Source of the DNA: Candidatus Dadabacteria bacterium
GTDB lineage: Bacteria; Desulfobacterota_D; UBA1144; Nemesobacterales; Nemesobacteraceae
DNA: 64,000 bases
Direction of reading: 5' to 3'
NCBI GenBank assembly: GCA_009840385.1
Contig: VXNX01000009.1
Span: 101,585-165,584, forward strand
Each line of letters begins with the position of its first letter. Positions within the stretch are counted from its first letter, which is position 1. The notes under the pieces are model-generated. The model was not told the DNA's origin. It did not search any database and saw only the letters and a program-made list of their open reading frames with translations. The position numbers and the translations under genes were made by a program. Shown one piece after another: positions 10,391-22,325 of this stretch.

Positions 10391-11065
10391 CTACCCCATA
10401 ATCTCGCGCATGGCCGACATCGTATCGGCGTAGTTCTCTGTCTTGTATATGCCCGAGCCCGTCACCACTATGTCCGCTCCGGCCTCGACCACTTCCCCTA
10501 TATTCTCGAGATTTATCCCGCCGTCAGCTTCGATAAGCGGTTTCTTTCCATCCATTCCGTCAAGAAGAGACCTGAGATCCCTTATTTTCGACAGCATCTC
10601 GGGAATAAACTTCTGACCCCCGAACCCTGGCTCCACGGTCATTATCACTATCACGTCTATAAGCTCCATCAGCTTCTCCTCTATCACGCCGATGGGAGTC
10701 GCAGGGTTAAGAGCCACCCCCGTCATAACCCCTCTCCACCTGATGGATGAGAGCGCGCTGTAAAGAAGGTTGCAGGCCTCCATCTGGACGGTGACGATCT
10801 TCACGTAAGGAGCCCCGGCATCTATGAATTTCTCCGTGAATTTCTCGGGACTATCAATCATCAGATGTATATCCATCTGGGGCGGTGACTCCATCCGGGC
10901 AATCGCCTCCACTACGGGTATTCCTATGCTTATGTTCGGAACGAAATGCCCGTCCATAACGTCCACGTGTATGAGGTCGGCGCCCGCCTCGCAGACGGCA
11001 TTTACCTCGTCTTCGAGGCGAAGGTAGTCGCACGACAGTATTGAAGGAGCCAAGAGTTTTTTCAT
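10391..11065 (-). CDS. rpe: ribulose-phosphate 3-epimerase
   Basis: SILSCDYLRLEDEV and VDVMDGHFVPN motifs, 224 aa. Confidence 0.9.
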   Translation of the reverse strand: MKKLLAPSILSCDYLRLEDEVNAVCEAGADLIHVDVMDGHFVPNISIGIPVVEAIARMESPPQMDIHLMIDSPEKFTEKFIDAGAPYVKIVTVQMEACNLLYSALSSIRWRGVMTGVALNPATPIGVIEEKLMELIDVIVIMTVEPGFGGQKFIPEMLSKIRDLRSLLDGMDGKKPLIEADGGINLENIGEVVEAGADIVVTGSGIYKTENYADTMSAMREIMG

Positions 11066-11145
11066 TTAATTTTCTCCGCAGAGTTCAAGTGGGATTCCCT
11101 TGTATTTTACCCGATAGTAAACCCGCAGCCACAAGGCGACAGATT

Positions 11146-11174
11146 GTTGACAGAAAAACCAGAATAATTATATT
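11146..11174 (+). promoter_or_regulatory. sigma-70-type promoter for metK (-35 TTGACA, 17-nt spacer, -10 TATATT)
   Basis: TTGACA at 11146-11151 and TATATT at 11169-11174. GAGG ribosome-binding site about 8 nt before the ATG at 11198. Confidence 0.35.
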
Positions 11175-11197
11175 ACTTGGACTTTTGAGGTCACTTA

Positions 11198-12391
11198 ATG
11201 CCCCCTAAAAACTTCATATTCACCTCAGAATCCGTAACGGAAGGCCATCCGGACAAGATTGCGGATCAGATATCAGACGCCATACTCGACGCCATGATCG
11301 AGCAGGACCCTGATAGCAGGGTCGCATGCGAAACACTGATCACAACCGGCCTCGTGGTGATCTCCGCCGAGATAACGACAAAAAGCCAGGTCGACGTACG
11401 GCAGGTTGCAAGAGACACGATAAGGGAGATCGGCTATACCGACAGCACGATGGGATTTGACGCGGACACCTGCTCTGTTGTCCTGACGATCGACAGGCAG
11501 TCCCCTGACATAGCGCGTGGAGTCAACAAAAAAGGGAGCAAGGGCAAGCAAGGGGCTGGTGACCAAGGACTCATGTTCGGCTACGCGTGCGATGAGACCG
11601 AAGAGTTCATGCCCTCCCCCATACTCTATGCCCATAAGCTGGCCAAGCGCCTTTCCGAGGTAAGAAAAAAGGGGGTTCTGCCGTTTTTAAGGCCGGACGG
11701 AAAAAGCCAGGTCACCTTCAGGTATGAAAACGGGGAGCCGGTGGGAGTGGACGCGGTAGTCATATCATCCCAGCACTCAAAGGACGTCTCGTATGCGGAC
11801 CTTAAAAATGGAATCAGGCAAGAAGTAATAAATCACTGCATGAAGGACCTAATTTCGAAAGATACGAAAATTCACATAAACCCCACGGGGAAATTTGTAA
11901 CCGGGGGTCCCGTGGCGGACACCGGCCTCACGGGAAGAAAGATCATAGTCGACACCTACGGCGGATGGTCAAGACACGGCGGCGGGGCGTTTTCTGGAAA
12001 GGATCCCTCCAAGGTCGACAGAAGCGCGGCCTATATGGCAAGGTACGTGGCGAAAAACATAGTCGCGGCCGGCGCGGCCTCGCGCTGCGAAGTGCAGCTC
12101 GCCTACGCCATAGGAGTCGCGGACCCGGTTTCGGTAATGATAGACACCTTTGGAACGGCCGTCGTGGCGGAAGAGAAGATCTCAGGTGCAGTAAAGGAGA
12201 TTTTTGACGATCTTACTCCGGAGGGAATAATCTCGCAACTCAGACTCAAAAGACCTATTTACAAAAAGACCGCTTCTTACGGACATTTCGGGAGAAAGGA
12301 AAAAACTTTCTCGTGGGAGAAGACAGACAGAGCAGCCAAACTTAGAAAGGCACTGGGCCTGAGCAAGAAACATCCGCGCCGCGGACGGTGA
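11198..12391 (+). CDS. metK: S-adenosylmethionine synthetase
   Basis: [17 protein letters not shown] and [19 protein letters not shown] signatures. Confidence 0.95.
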   Translation: MPPKNFIFTSESVTEGHPDKIADQISDAILDAMIEQDPDSRVACETLITTGLVVISAEITTKSQVDVRQVARDTIREIGYTDSTMGFDADTCSVVLTIDRQSPDIARGVNKKGSKGKQGAGDQGLMFGYACDETEEFMPSPILYAHKLAKRLSEVRKKGVLPFLRPDGKSQVTFRYENGEPVGVDAVVISSQHSKDVSYADLKNGIRQEVINHCMKDLISKDTKIHINPTGKFVTGGPVADTGLTGRKIIVDTYGGWSRHGGGAFSGKDPSKVDRSAAYMARYVAKNIVAAGAASRCEVQLAYAIGVADPVSVMIDTFGTAVVAEEKISGAVKEIFDDLTPEGIISQLRLKRPIYKKTASYGHFGRKEKTFSWEKTDRAAKLRKALGLSKKHPRRGR

Positions 12392-12410
12392 AAAAGCAAC
12401 GGAGGAATAA

Positions 12411-13667
<1,257 letters not shown>

Positions 13668-13673
13668 GATTAA

Positions 13674-14567
13674 ATGGATGAGCACCTCGATTCGTTCCTT
13701 GTATACCTCACGATGAACAGGGGCCTTTCGAAAAACACCATTGAATCCTATTCAAGGGACATATCCTCCCTCGCGACTTTCCTCGACAAAAGGGGAATAT
13801 CAGACCCCGTCGCGGTAAGCGAACCTGATATAGCCGCTTTTTTCGACCACCTGAGGAAAAAAAAGCTCTCCCCCAGAAGCGTGGCGAGAAACATAGTTTC
13901 CCTGAAGCAGTTTTTCAGGTTCCTGCTCACAGAAAACGTCATAACCGAGGATCCCCTGAGAAACACGGTCTCTCCCAAGCCAGCGAAGACCCTTCCCCAC
14001 ACTCTCTCCCTTGACGAAGTTGAGAGGCTTCTTCGGGAGCCTGAAAAAGGCAAGTCCAACGAGGCGCTCAGGGACCGCGCGATGCTCGAGGTTCTCTACG
14101 CCACCGGGGTCAGGGTATCAGAGCTGATCTCACTTGAGCTAAACCGCATCAACCTTGACCACGGCTACGTCATCACCCTCGGCAAGGGAAGCAAGGAAAG
14201 AATAGTTCCGATAGGTGATGCAGCCATCAGGAAAGTAAGGGACTATCTCTCAGACTCAAGACCCAAACTTCTTCGCGGCAGGAACTCGGAGTATCTTTTC
14301 GTAACCTCGAGAACCGCCTCCAAGATGAGCCGTCAGCGCTTCTGGCGCATGATAAAAGACTACGCGCTCTCAGCCGGCATCCACTCCCACATAACTCCTC
14401 ACGTGCTCCGCCACTCTTTCGCCACGCATCTGCTCGAGCGGGGAGCCGACCTGCGGGCGATACAGGCCATGCTCGGCCATTCAGACATATCCACGACCCA
14501 GATATACACTTACGTTGAGAAAGAAAGACTGAAACGCATACACGAAAAATCTCACCCAAGAGCGTAA
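13674..14567 (+). CDS. tyrosine site-specific recombinase, XerC/XerD family
   Basis: C-terminal HVLRHSFATHLLERGADLRAIQAMLGHSDISTTQIYT with catalytic Tyr. Housekeeping context upstream of scpAB. Confidence 0.85.
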   Translation: MDEHLDSFLVYLTMNRGLSKNTIESYSRDISSLATFLDKRGISDPVAVSEPDIAAFFDHLRKKKLSPRSVARNIVSLKQFFRFLLTENVITEDPLRNTVSPKPAKTLPHTLSLDEVERLLREPEKGKSNEALRDRAMLEVLYATGVRVSELISLELNRINLDHGYVITLGKGSKERIVPIGDAAIRKVRDYLSDSRPKLLRGRNSEYLFVTSRTASKMSRQRFWRMIKDYALSAGIHSHITPHVLRHSFATHLLERGADLRAIQAMLGHSDISTTQIYTYVEKERLKRIHEKSHPRA

Positions 14568-14577
14568 ACTTATAGAT

Positions 14578-15243
14578 ATGAACTATAGTTTTTTCATAAT
14601 ACTGGTCCCCGTAATTCTCTTTTCCCTTACCATACACGAGTACGCCCACGCGCTTGTGGCCTACAGGCTCGGGGACGACACCGCGAAAAGACAGGGAAGG
14701 CTTTCGCTTAATCCCCTCGTGCACCTTGACCTCCTGGGGACCCTTCTGCTTTTCATAGTGCATTTCGGGTGGGCAAAGCCCGTTCCCGTGGACCCGAGAA
14801 ACTTCAGAAACCCGAAAAAAGACATGCTTCTGGTCGCCCTTGCTGGCCCCGTATCCAACATTCTGACGGCGATTGCTGCGGCCGTGATTCTAAAGGCGGT
14901 ATTTGAGAACTTCGCGACGATACCTCCGGGAAGCGGGGTCGACGTGGCCGTGCGGATGCTCGTGTGGTTCATATACATAGGGATAGTGCTTGCCGTTTTC
15001 AACATGATCCCGGTTCCGCCGCTTGACGGCTCGCGGGTGCTCTACGGACTGCTGCCCGACAGTCTCGCTTACAGGTACGCAAAATTTGAAACCTACGGAA
15101 TATTCATTCTTTTCGCCTTCTTTTTGTTCGGCGGAAAATTTTTGGGTTACTTTATATTCGTTCCCGTGGGTATCTTTATACAAATGTGTAATTTCAGCCC
15201 GAGCGAACTCGAGATCCTTGTCCGGGCTATGAATCCACAGTGA
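14578..15243 (+). CDS. M50-family membrane zinc metalloprotease (site-2 protease-like)
   Basis: HEYAHALVA HExxH motif and NMIPVPPLDG motif. Multiple TM segments. Confidence 0.7.
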   Translation: MNYSFFIILVPVILFSLTIHEYAHALVAYRLGDDTAKRQGRLSLNPLVHLDLLGTLLLFIVHFGWAKPVPVDPRNFRNPKKDMLLVALAGPVSNILTAIAAAVILKAVFENFATIPPGSGVDVAVRMLVWFIYIGIVLAVFNMIPVPPLDGSRVLYGLLPDSLAYRYAKFETYGIFILFAFFLFGGKFLGYFIFVPVGIFIQMCNFSPSELEILVRAMNPQ

Positions 15244-16001
15244 TCACCGAGAAAAACGGAAAAACCGAGGACCAGCAGTCAGCCTACAGCGTACGGCTCG
15301 AGATGTTCAGCGGGCCCCTCGACCTGCTGCTCCACCTCATAAAGAAAAACGAGGTGGACATCTACGACATACCAATCGCCGATATAACCGAGCAGTACCT
15401 TGAATATCTGGACTTTCTGAAAGCGGTAAACCTCGAGGTCGTCGGAGAGTACATGTCCATGGCGGCCGAACTCGGGTACATAAAATCGCGGATGCTTCTT
15501 CCCAGAATAAAAGACGAGGATGAAGAAGAGGAGGAGGATCCCAGGGAGGAGCTTGTAAGGCGGCTGCTTGAGTATGAGAGGTACAGAGACGCGGCGGCGG
15601 AGCTCGGAGGGATGGAAATCCTCGGAAAAGACGTTTTCCTAGCGGGTTATGACCGCAAGGAAATGTTCGGAGAGCCCGCGGAAGAAACGGAATTTGTAAA
15701 ATTCGATCTCTGGACCCTGGTAGATACTTTCTCAAGGATATACAACGACAACAAGAAGTCGCAAACCGAAGATATATTCTTCAGTCTGCAAACCTACACG
15801 GTTGAAGAGAGAAAAAACCAGGTAATTGAGATAATGAGAAGGAAAAAAGAAGTTCTCTTCGAGGATCTTTTCGAAGGGGATAAAAACCGGATGAAACTCG
15901 TGGTAACCTTTATCTCGATACTGGAACTGCTGAAAGACGGTGTTCTGGATGTTTTTCAGCCGACTTTCGAAGAACCCATAAAAATAATTCTGAAACAGTA
16001 A
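15240..16001 (+). CDS. scpA: segregation and condensation protein A
   Basis: LLHLIKKNEVDIYDIPIADIT N-terminal signature. GTG start overlaps the stop of the upstream gene. Confidence 0.85.
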   Translation: MITEKNGKTEDQQSAYSVRLEMFSGPLDLLLHLIKKNEVDIYDIPIADITEQYLEYLDFLKAVNLEVVGEYMSMAAELGYIKSRMLLPRIKDEDEEEEEDPREELVRRLLEYERYRDAAAELGGMEILGKDVFLAGYDRKEMFGEPAEETEFVKFDLWTLVDTFSRIYNDNKKSQTEDIFFSLQTYTVEERKNQVIEIMRRKKEVLFEDLFEGDKNRMKLVVTFISILELLKDGVLDVFQPTFEEPIKIILKQ

Positions 16002-16002
16002 A

Positions 16003-16554
16003 ATGAACGACAGAAGCCCTCTTGTAAACATAATAGAATGCTTGATATTCGTATCTAAAACCCCTCTTACAATTCAAGAAATATCGAATTCGCTAAAGGG
16101 CTTCGAGGAAAAGGAAATAAGCGACGCACTAAGTGAGCTCGAGGAGCAGTGGGATGGGATGGGAAGAAGTTTCATCCTAAGCAACATCGCCGGGGGCTAC
16201 CAGTTCAGAACCCGCCCCGAATATTCTGAATACATAGTCGAATTTAACAAGGAAATAAAAAAGTTCAGGCTCTCAAAGGCCGCCCTCGAAGTGCTGGCGA
16301 TAGTGGCCTACAAGCAGCCCGTTACGAAAATCGAGGTCGAGAAGATAAGAGGAGTGGACTGCTCGAGCAGCGTAAGCGTGCTCCTCGAGAGAAGGTTCAT
16401 TGAGATATCCGGAAGAAAGGATGTTCCGGGAAAACCTTTTCTCTACAGGACAACTGACCTTTTTCTTGAGACATTCGGCCTTAAAAACATAAAGGATCTC
16501 CCCACCGTGAAGGAAATCGAGAAGATTAAGGAAGATCTGGGGGAACCCGGGTGA
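16003..16554 (+). CDS. scpB: segregation and condensation protein B
   Basis: Tandem winged-helix ScpB pattern (LEVLAIVAYKQPVTKIEVEKIRGV), 183 aa, directly after scpA. Confidence 0.8.
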   Translation: MNDRSPLVNIIECLIFVSKTPLTIQEISNSLKGFEEKEISDALSELEEQWDGMGRSFILSNIAGGYQFRTRPEYSEYIVEFNKEIKKFRLSKAALEVLAIVAYKQPVTKIEVEKIRGVDCSSSVSVLLERRFIEISGRKDVPGKPFLYRTTDLFLETFGLKNIKDLPTVKEIEKIKEDLGEPG

Positions 16555-16613
16555 CCGACACGCCCTACGCAACCATCTTAATGGCAAATAGTGAATCTGC
16601 GGACGTATTTCGA

Positions 16614-16931
16614 TTATCTGGTGGCTCGCACGTGAAGCTTAACGCCTTCATGTTTTTTTAAAGATGCAAGCAGAGAGGAAATACTCTTAAGACTCGGATT
16701 TCCTCTCGGACTGAGCATGCGCATCAGACTCTTCGGGTTTTTTTGCGTAAGAATTCCAAGTTCCTGAAAACCGATTGTCGCGTTAACGTAGTCTCGCAGC
16801 AATACTTTCCCCACGTCGATTTCATCATTGAGTACGCACTCAATCGCTTCGGTCAGAAGTCCGACGCGGAACTCGGGGTCTCTCATTGCACGCTCCTTTA
16901 CGATCTCCCTGAAACTACGCGTTAATGCCAT
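16614..16931 (-). CDS. putative addiction-module antidote protein (HTH, HigA/COG3636-like), apparently orphan
   Basis: C-terminal HTH region GFQELGILTQKNPKSLMRMLSPRGNPSLKSISSLLASL resembles the probable addiction-module antidote family. No toxin ORF precedes it. Confidence 0.45.
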   Translation of the reverse strand: MALTRSFREIVKERAMRDPEFRVGLLTEAIECVLNDEIDVGKVLLRDYVNATIGFQELGILTQKNPKSLMRMLSPRGNPSLKSISSLLASLKKHEGVKLHVRATR

Positions 16932-16983
16932 TGTTTTCTCCCTTTTCTTGGATTTTCAGATAAATTCTCGGGATTTCGAACTT

Positions 16984-17466
16984 TTATTTCCGGGTTTTCT
17001 CTTCTCCGTAGAACATGGTACCAAGACAGACCGCCTCAGCTAGGTAGTCAAGTACTTCCTTTTCCTTCTCCCGCATCGCCTCTCTTTCCTTTTTCCTCTT
17101 GTGATCGAATCCGAGCAGGTGCAGAACCGCGTGAACCAAAAGCAGGCGCAGTTCCTCTTCAACGGTGATCTCAAGCTTTCGGGAGTGACGGACGGCCGTT
17201 TCGTAGGATATCACTATATCGCCCAGAAGATAGGGGGTCGCTTCGCTTCTCTGCGGAAAACAGAGGACATCCGTAGTCGCGTCAATCTGTCTGTATTGCC
17301 TGTTAAGCTCCCTCATGTCCCTGTCGCTCACAAGCGAGACGCAAAGCTCGCTTCGGGCGGAAAGATCAAGATATAGGAGTATTTTCTCAATCAGGCGGAT
17401 CAGATTTTCCATGGCGGGACCATCAACAAATTCCTCCCTGTCCACTACGGATATTTCCATCTTCAC
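16984..17466 (-). CDS. ybeY: endoribonuclease YbeY (rRNA maturation factor)
   Basis: HAVLHLLGFDH metal-binding motif, 160 aa. Confidence 0.85.
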   Translation of the reverse strand: MKMEISVVDREEFVDGPAMENLIRLIEKILLYLDLSARSELCVSLVSDRDMRELNRQYRQIDATTDVLCFPQRSEATPYLLGDIVISYETAVRHSRKLEITVEEELRLLLVHAVLHLLGFDHKRKKEREAMREKEKEVLDYLAEAVCLGTMFYGEEKTRK

Positions 17467-17469
17467 CCC

Positions 17470-18351
17470 CTATATGGCAATACCCATCTCACTGAGCCGG
17501 TAGAAAACCAGGGAAGTGTAATATGTGCAGGGGAAAACGAATATCAGACTGTCGAACCTGTCAAGCACTCCGCCGTGTCCCGGGAGCAGAGAACCCGAGT
17601 CTTTTACCCCAGCTCCTCTTTTTATGGTGGATTCGAAAAGGTCGCCCGCAACCGCTGCCACGACTATTATTATGGCGTAAATAACCACCCAGACCGCGGG
17701 AAGAGGATTGCTGAATATCATGTTCACCACAAAGGCGCTTACGACTGAAACAACGAATCCCCCGATGAGCCCCACAACGGTCTTGCCAGAGCTTATGTGA
17801 CGCGCAAGCTTCTTTTTACCGAAGCTTTTTCCGAAGAAATACGCCCCGGCGTCGTTAAGAAAAGTGCATGAAACGGCAAGTACCACAAGGAAAAAGCCGA
17901 CATCCTCGGGACCCCTTTCGAGGAACCCGTAGCTCCCACCACTCGCGTTGCTCGAAATATTTCTAAGCAGCACCCCGTGGGCCAGCATCCAGCCGAAATA
18001 TATAAGCGGCAGAAGGGTCATGCCAAGGTCCTGCAGACAGTCGCTGAAATCCTTTTTGCGAAATTCGAGAATTATGGAGAGAAATATCAGGAAGGTGAAG
18101 AAAAGACTCATGAGCATGAAGTCAAAAAACGCACTTATGATCAGAAGCAGGGAAATGGCCGTGATATAAATCTTTCTCGTCTTCCGTATATCGGGACCCG
18201 CAAGCGCGAAGAACTCAAGAGAGCACAAGGCCCCGATCAGACAGATGAGAGCGAGATAATAAACTCCCCCGTGGTAAAATATAAGGAGAAGTATCGGTAC
18301 GGCCACTACGGACGTCACGATTCTCGTGATCAGGTTTCTGTTTTCCTCCAT
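17470..18351 (-). CDS. cdsA: phosphatidate cytidylyltransferase (CDP-diglyceride synthase)
   Basis: C-terminal CdsA signature [28 protein letters not shown]. Polytopic membrane protein. Confidence 0.8.
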   Translation of the reverse strand: MEENRNLITRIVTSVVAVPILLLIFYHGGVYYLALICLIGALCSLEFFALAGPDIRKTRKIYITAISLLLIISAFFDFMLMSLFFTFLIFLSIILEFRKKDFSDCLQDLGMTLLPLIYFGWMLAHGVLLRNISSNASGGSYGFLERGPEDVGFFLVVLAVSCTFLNDAGAYFFGKSFGKKKLARHISSGKTVVGLIGGFVVSVVSAFVVNMIFSNPLPAVWVVIYAIIIVVAAVAGDLFESTIKRGAGVKDSGSLLPGHGGVLDRFDSLIFVFPCTYYTSLVFYRLSEMGIAI

Positions 18352-18404
18352 GCTGCGTTTACCCTTGCGTTAAACCGCATAAAAATTAAACGATAGGAGA
18401 ATCA

Positions 18405-19163
18405 ATGCAAATAACGCCGCTTTACTCAGGTACCCGCCGCCCGATGAAAATTCTCGTGCTTGCCTCGGGGAGAGGGACGAATTTCGAGAAAATACACTCA
18501 CGGCAGACAGAACTTAAACAAGACGGCGGGAAAAACTACGGAGCCGTAGAGCATGTTTTTTCAAACAGCCCCGGAGCGGCGGTTCTCGCAAAAGCAGAAG
18601 CGCTCGGAATCAGCACCTCCTCCATAAATTCCGAGAGCTTTTTTGGCGACCTGGGAAAACACCCCTCAGATGAGGATGGACGAGTTCTTTACGATTCGTC
18701 CGTAATCTCGCATATCGAAGAGCTTTTTGAGCCCGACCTCGTGGTGCTGGCCGGATACAGGAGAAGGCTTAGCCGTCTGTTCACCGAGAGATTCCCGAAC
18801 AGGATCGTAAACCTCTACCCCGGAGACACGACCAAGGATTACCTCGTAAGAGGCAAAATCGCGTGCGTTCAAGCGTTAGAAAACGGGGAAAAGGATATAA
18901 GATGCACCGTCTATCTTGAAAACGACCCGGAAACGAGGTTCGGAACCGTGATCGCCCAGTCAGCCGACATATCGCTTGAAGGCTTTGGTATGGGGGACGT
19001 GGCGGCGATGGAAGAGAAAATCAGAGAACAGGGCGAATGGAAACTGTTTCCCTTCGTGGTCCATGACCTGATCGCGAACGAAAGGGTCGCTATTGACGAG
19101 GAAAACAATATCTATGTAGACGGTTTGCGGACCGGGGAAGCCGGTTTTTCGCTTTCATCCTAA
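18405..19163 (+). CDS. formyltransferase, PurN-like (phosphoribosylglycinamide formyltransferase family)
   Basis: MKILVLASGRGTNF N-terminus and LVVLAGYRRRLS...NLYPG region resemble the PurN formyl-transfer fold. Longer than canonical PurN. Confidence 0.55.
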   Translation: MQITPLYSGTRRPMKILVLASGRGTNFEKIHSRQTELKQDGGKNYGAVEHVFSNSPGAAVLAKAEALGISTSSINSESFFGDLGKHPSDEDGRVLYDSSVISHIEELFEPDLVVLAGYRRRLSRLFTERFPNRIVNLYPGDTTKDYLVRGKIACVQALENGEKDIRCTVYLENDPETRFGTVIAQSADISLEGFGMGDVAAMEEKIREQGEWKLFPFVVHDLIANERVAIDEENNIYVDGLRTGEAGFSLSS

Positions 19164-19993
19164 CCTGCGTCCCTTAGTCTCTTAAGAAACTCAACGTCTT
19201 TTGCCACTTCGGGAGGAGGCATTTCCACTATCATGTCGAGATTTTCGAAAAACGGATTCTCGATCATGGACCTGAAGCAGTCGATTCCTATCTCTCCTTG
19301 CCCGGGATGTTCGTGGCGATCCTTATGAGAATTGAATCCGGCCTTGGAATCGTTCGCGTGAACAAGCCTTACGGTTCCAGGAGCAAATACTGTGTTGATG
19401 CACTCTACAAGCTCCTTCACGCCCTCAGAGGTCCTTATATCGTATCCGGACGCAAACATGTGGGCCGTGTCTATACAAACCCCGAGACCCCCATGTGCCA
19501 TGCGCTCCAATATCAGGGAAATCTCCTCAAAGCTCACTCCTATCGTATGCCCCTGGCCCGCGGTGTTCTCAAGCAGAAGCTGAGTTTCGCCGCTATAACC
19601 CCGGAGAACCATCGAGAGGGAGTCGACCACATTGCTTATCGCAACATCTCTTTCCATTTCCTTGGCGCTTCCTATATGAGTCATCATGTACTTCACCCCA
19701 AGGGCGCTTGATCTCTCAAGCTCCTCCCTTACCAGATCCACGCTTTTTTTCCTGAGATCCTCCTTCCCTGAAGCCAGGTTTATGAAATAAGGGGTATGAA
19801 CATAGTAATCGCTTATAGCGACCTCACTGCAGTTTCGAAAAAAGGCCTCAAGCAGGCCCTCATCAAGCTCAGGGGGCCTGCCGCCCCTTGGGGAGCGGGT
19901 AAACATCTGAAAGCACTCGCATCCAAGCTCCCTCGCCCTCAGCGGAGCATTCTCAATCCCGCCTGCTATTGAAACATGTGCTCCGAATTTCAT
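19160..19993 (-). CDS. nfo: endonuclease IV (AP endonuclease, Nfo)
   Basis: MKFGAHVSIAGG start and TIM-barrel AP-endonuclease family-2 motifs (HANDSK, HxxxGxG). The listed ORF extends 39 codons further upstream; the internal ATG at 19993 fits family alignments. Confidence 0.8.
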   Translation of the reverse strand: MKFGAHVSIAGGIENAPLRARELGCECFQMFTRSPRGGRPPELDEGLLEAFFRNCSEVAISDYYVHTPYFINLASGKEDLRKKSVDLVREELERSSALGVKYMMTHIGSAKEMERDVAISNVVDSLSMVLRGYSGETQLLLENTAGQGHTIGVSFEEISLILERMAHGGLGVCIDTAHMFASGYDIRTSEGVKELVECINTVFAPGTVRLVHANDSKAGFNSHKDRHEHPGQGEIGIDCFRSMIENPFFENLDMIVEMPPPEVAKDVEFLKRLRDAG

Positions 19994-20065
19994 CCCAGTC
20001 AGTCCTCGTTTGACAAATTCACCCCGTAAATATAACTTGAATGCAGGTTTACAAGGAGTGGTGAG

Positions 20066-20629
20066 TTGACCCCGACAAAGGCTTTTGTCACAAAGGGCGT
20101 GGGCAAGCACAAAGAGAGGCTCTCAAGCTTTGAGCTTGCCTTAAGGAATGCGCGGATCGCAGAGTTCAATCTGGTCAAGGTTTCAAGCATATTTCCCCCG
20201 GGCTGTCAGCTCGTAAGCAGAAAACAGGGACTCACCATGCTCTCCCCCGGGCAAATAGCGTTTGTGGTAATGAGCGAGAATTCCACGAACGAGCCCAGCA
20301 GGCTCATCGCCGCGTCCACCGGCCTTGCGATCCCGAAGGACAAGACACACTACGGATACATCTCCGAGCACCACAGCTACGGGCAGAAAGAAACCCTCGC
20401 GGGGGAATACGCAGAGGATCTTGCCGCCTACATGCTCGCCACCACCCTTAACGCTCCCTTTGACCCCGATAAAAGCTATGACGAACAGAAAGACATATGG
20501 GAGATAAGCGGACACAAGGTAAAAAGCAGAAACATAACGCAGACGGCCGTAGGAGATAAAAACGGACTCTGGACAACGGTTCTCACCGCCGTGGTTTTCT
20601 GTTCTTATCAGGCAAATACGGTCAGCTAG
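20066..20629 (+). CDS. pdaD: pyruvoyl-dependent arginine decarboxylase
   Basis: [37 protein letters not shown] matches the PdaD/AaxB family, including the Ser-Ser self-processing site. Apparent TTG start. Confidence 0.75.
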   Translation: MTPTKAFVTKGVGKHKERLSSFELALRNARIAEFNLVKVSSIFPPGCQLVSRKQGLTMLSPGQIAFVVMSENSTNEPSRLIAASTGLAIPKDKTHYGYISEHHSYGQKETLAGEYAEDLAAYMLATTLNAPFDPDKSYDEQKDIWEISGHKVKSRNITQTAVGDKNGLWTTVLTAVVFCSYQANTVS

Positions 20630-22298
20630 CTCCCTTTATCAGCTCTCGGGCAACTTCAAAAGTTTTTTCGGAAACACTTTTTCCGGCAAGCATCCTGCCT
20701 ATTTCCAAGACCCTCTCCTCTTCGCTGAGGGCATCCACCGAGACATCCGTACCACCCTCGCCAAACTCCTTCGCCACAAGCAGGTGGGTGTTCGCGAACT
20801 TGGCAACCTGAGGCAGATGCGTTATACACACTACCTGGCTTTCATCGGAGAGATTCCTTATTTTCTCCCCTATGCTCTCGGCCACGACTCCCCCTATTCC
20901 GGCATCCACCTCATCGAAGATGAAAATCGAGCCGGCATCGCCCGTGGAAACGAAGCTTTTAAGCAGAAGCATTATTCTTGAGAGCTCCCCTCCAGAGGCA
21001 ACCTTGTTAACGGGTCTTGACGGCTGGTCAGGGTTGGCTGAGAAAAGAAACTGCACGTTGTCTCGGCCGTCTCCCGAGAGGTCTTTTTCGGTAAATCCCA
21101 CCTCAAAGCGAGCGTTTTTAAGCCCCACCGACTCGGCCTGATCGCAGAAAAGGTCCTCAAGCCGCTTAGCTCCCGCCTTTCTCTTAGCCGATATAGAGGA
21201 TGCTACGGCTGAGACCTCTTCTCTCAGAGAATTCCTCTTTCGCTCGATTTCCCCCAGCATCTCAGCCGAGTTCTCAAGACCCTCGAGCTCGGATTCTATC
21301 TGCTGCTGTTTTTTTATTATTTCCTCGATCGAGTCCCCGTGCTTTCTCTTAAGCCTCCCTATCTCCTCAAGCCTCAAGAGCACTTCCTCGAGTCTTTCGG
21401 GATTGTGCTCGATTTTCCCCGCAAACTCGCTGAGGCCATAGAAAACATCCTCGGTTTCTATAAGTACGGCCGCGATTCTCTCGCGAAGCTCCCCGAGAGA
21501 GGAATCAAGGTCGGAAACATCCTCAAGACGCGAGAGGGCCTGCTTCAGAAAACCCACGGCCGAACTCTCTCCTTCATACAAAAGCCCAGTCGCATTGGCG
21601 AGAGAAGATGAGAATCTCTCCGAGTTCTCAAGCCTCACTCTCTGCGCTTCAAGCTCTGAGTCCTCATTCGGCGCGGGAGAGACTTTTTTTATCTCCTCTG
21701 CCTGGAACCTGAGATAATCCTCTTTTTCCGCCCCTTCCCGCTCTTTTTTCCTAAGGGCCTCAAGCTCACTCTCCAGACGCACAAGCCCGGCGTATGCGGC
21801 CTTGTATTCAGAGACTTCATGTTCAAGTTTAGAAAAAGTGTCTAAGTAACTTAGATAATTGCTCTTCTTGAGGAGACCCTGGTGTTCATGCTGACCGAAC
21901 ATGTTAACCAGACCATCGGTCACTTCCGAAAGCGTCCCGAGCGTCACTATCGAACCGTTTATGTATATCCTGTTCTTTCCGCCCGGGTTAAAAACCCTTT
22001 TTATGACAAGTTCCCCTTCTGAGTCTGCGATGCCGAAGTGCTCAAGTTTCTCCCCTATACCAAGATCCCCCGGAACTTCGAAAAGTGCTTCTATCGATGC
22101 CTGTTTCTCGCCTGATTTGACTTGGTCGGCGGTAAACCTGTCGCCCAGAATTATATTTATCGCATCCACGATCAGGGATTTCCCCGTGCCAGTCTCCCCC
22201 GTGATTATGTTAAGGTTGTCCCCGAAACTGATGGAAATATCGTCTATTATGGCGAAATTCTTAAGCCTGAGCTCAACAAGCATCTGTTTTCCAAGCAC
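20622..22298 (-). CDS. recN: DNA repair protein RecN
   Basis: N-terminal Walker A GETGTGKS, long coiled-coil, C-terminal signature and Walker B ([13 protein letters not shown]). 558 aa. Confidence 0.9.
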   Translation of the reverse strand: MLGKQMLVELRLKNFAIIDDISISFGDNLNIITGETGTGKSLIVDAINIILGDRFTADQVKSGEKQASIEALFEVPGDLGIGEKLEHFGIADSEGELVIKRVFNPGGKNRIYINGSIVTLGTLSEVTDGLVNMFGQHEHQGLLKKSNYLSYLDTFSKLEHEVSEYKAAYAGLVRLESELEALRKKEREGAEKEDYLRFQAEEIKKVSPAPNEDSELEAQRVRLENSERFSSSLANATGLLYEGESSAVGFLKQALSRLEDVSDLDSSLGELRERIAAVLIETEDVFYGLSEFAGKIEHNPERLEEVLLRLEEIGRLKRKHGDSIEEIIKKQQQIESELEGLENSAEMLGEIERKRNSLREEVSAVASSISAKRKAGAKRLEDLFCDQAESVGLKNARFEVGFTEKDLSGDGRDNVQFLFSANPDQPSRPVNKVASGGELSRIMLLLKSFVSTGDAGSIFIFDEVDAGIGGVVAESIGEKIRNLSDESQVVCITHLPQVAKFANTHLLVAKEFGEGGTDVSVDALSEEERVLEIGRMLAGKSVSEKTFEVARELIKGAS

Positions 22299-22325
22299 CC
22301 CGCTGCGTCTTTGCGCAATCGGGAT

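Noticed and set aside
11066-11197. Possible SAM riboswitch upstream of metK
   Set aside because: The 130-nt leader lacks the conserved SAM-I/SAM-II sequence blocks. It contains a good sigma-70 promoter and Shine-Dalgarno only about 15 nt upstream of the ATG, leaving no room for a riboswitch aptamer.
13674-14567. Tyrosine recombinase as a possible integrase marking a mobile element
   Set aside because: Sequence and context (immediately upstream of scpA and scpB, native GC) indicate housekeeping XerC/XerD. Not adjacent to either accessory island, so not annotated as a mobile element.
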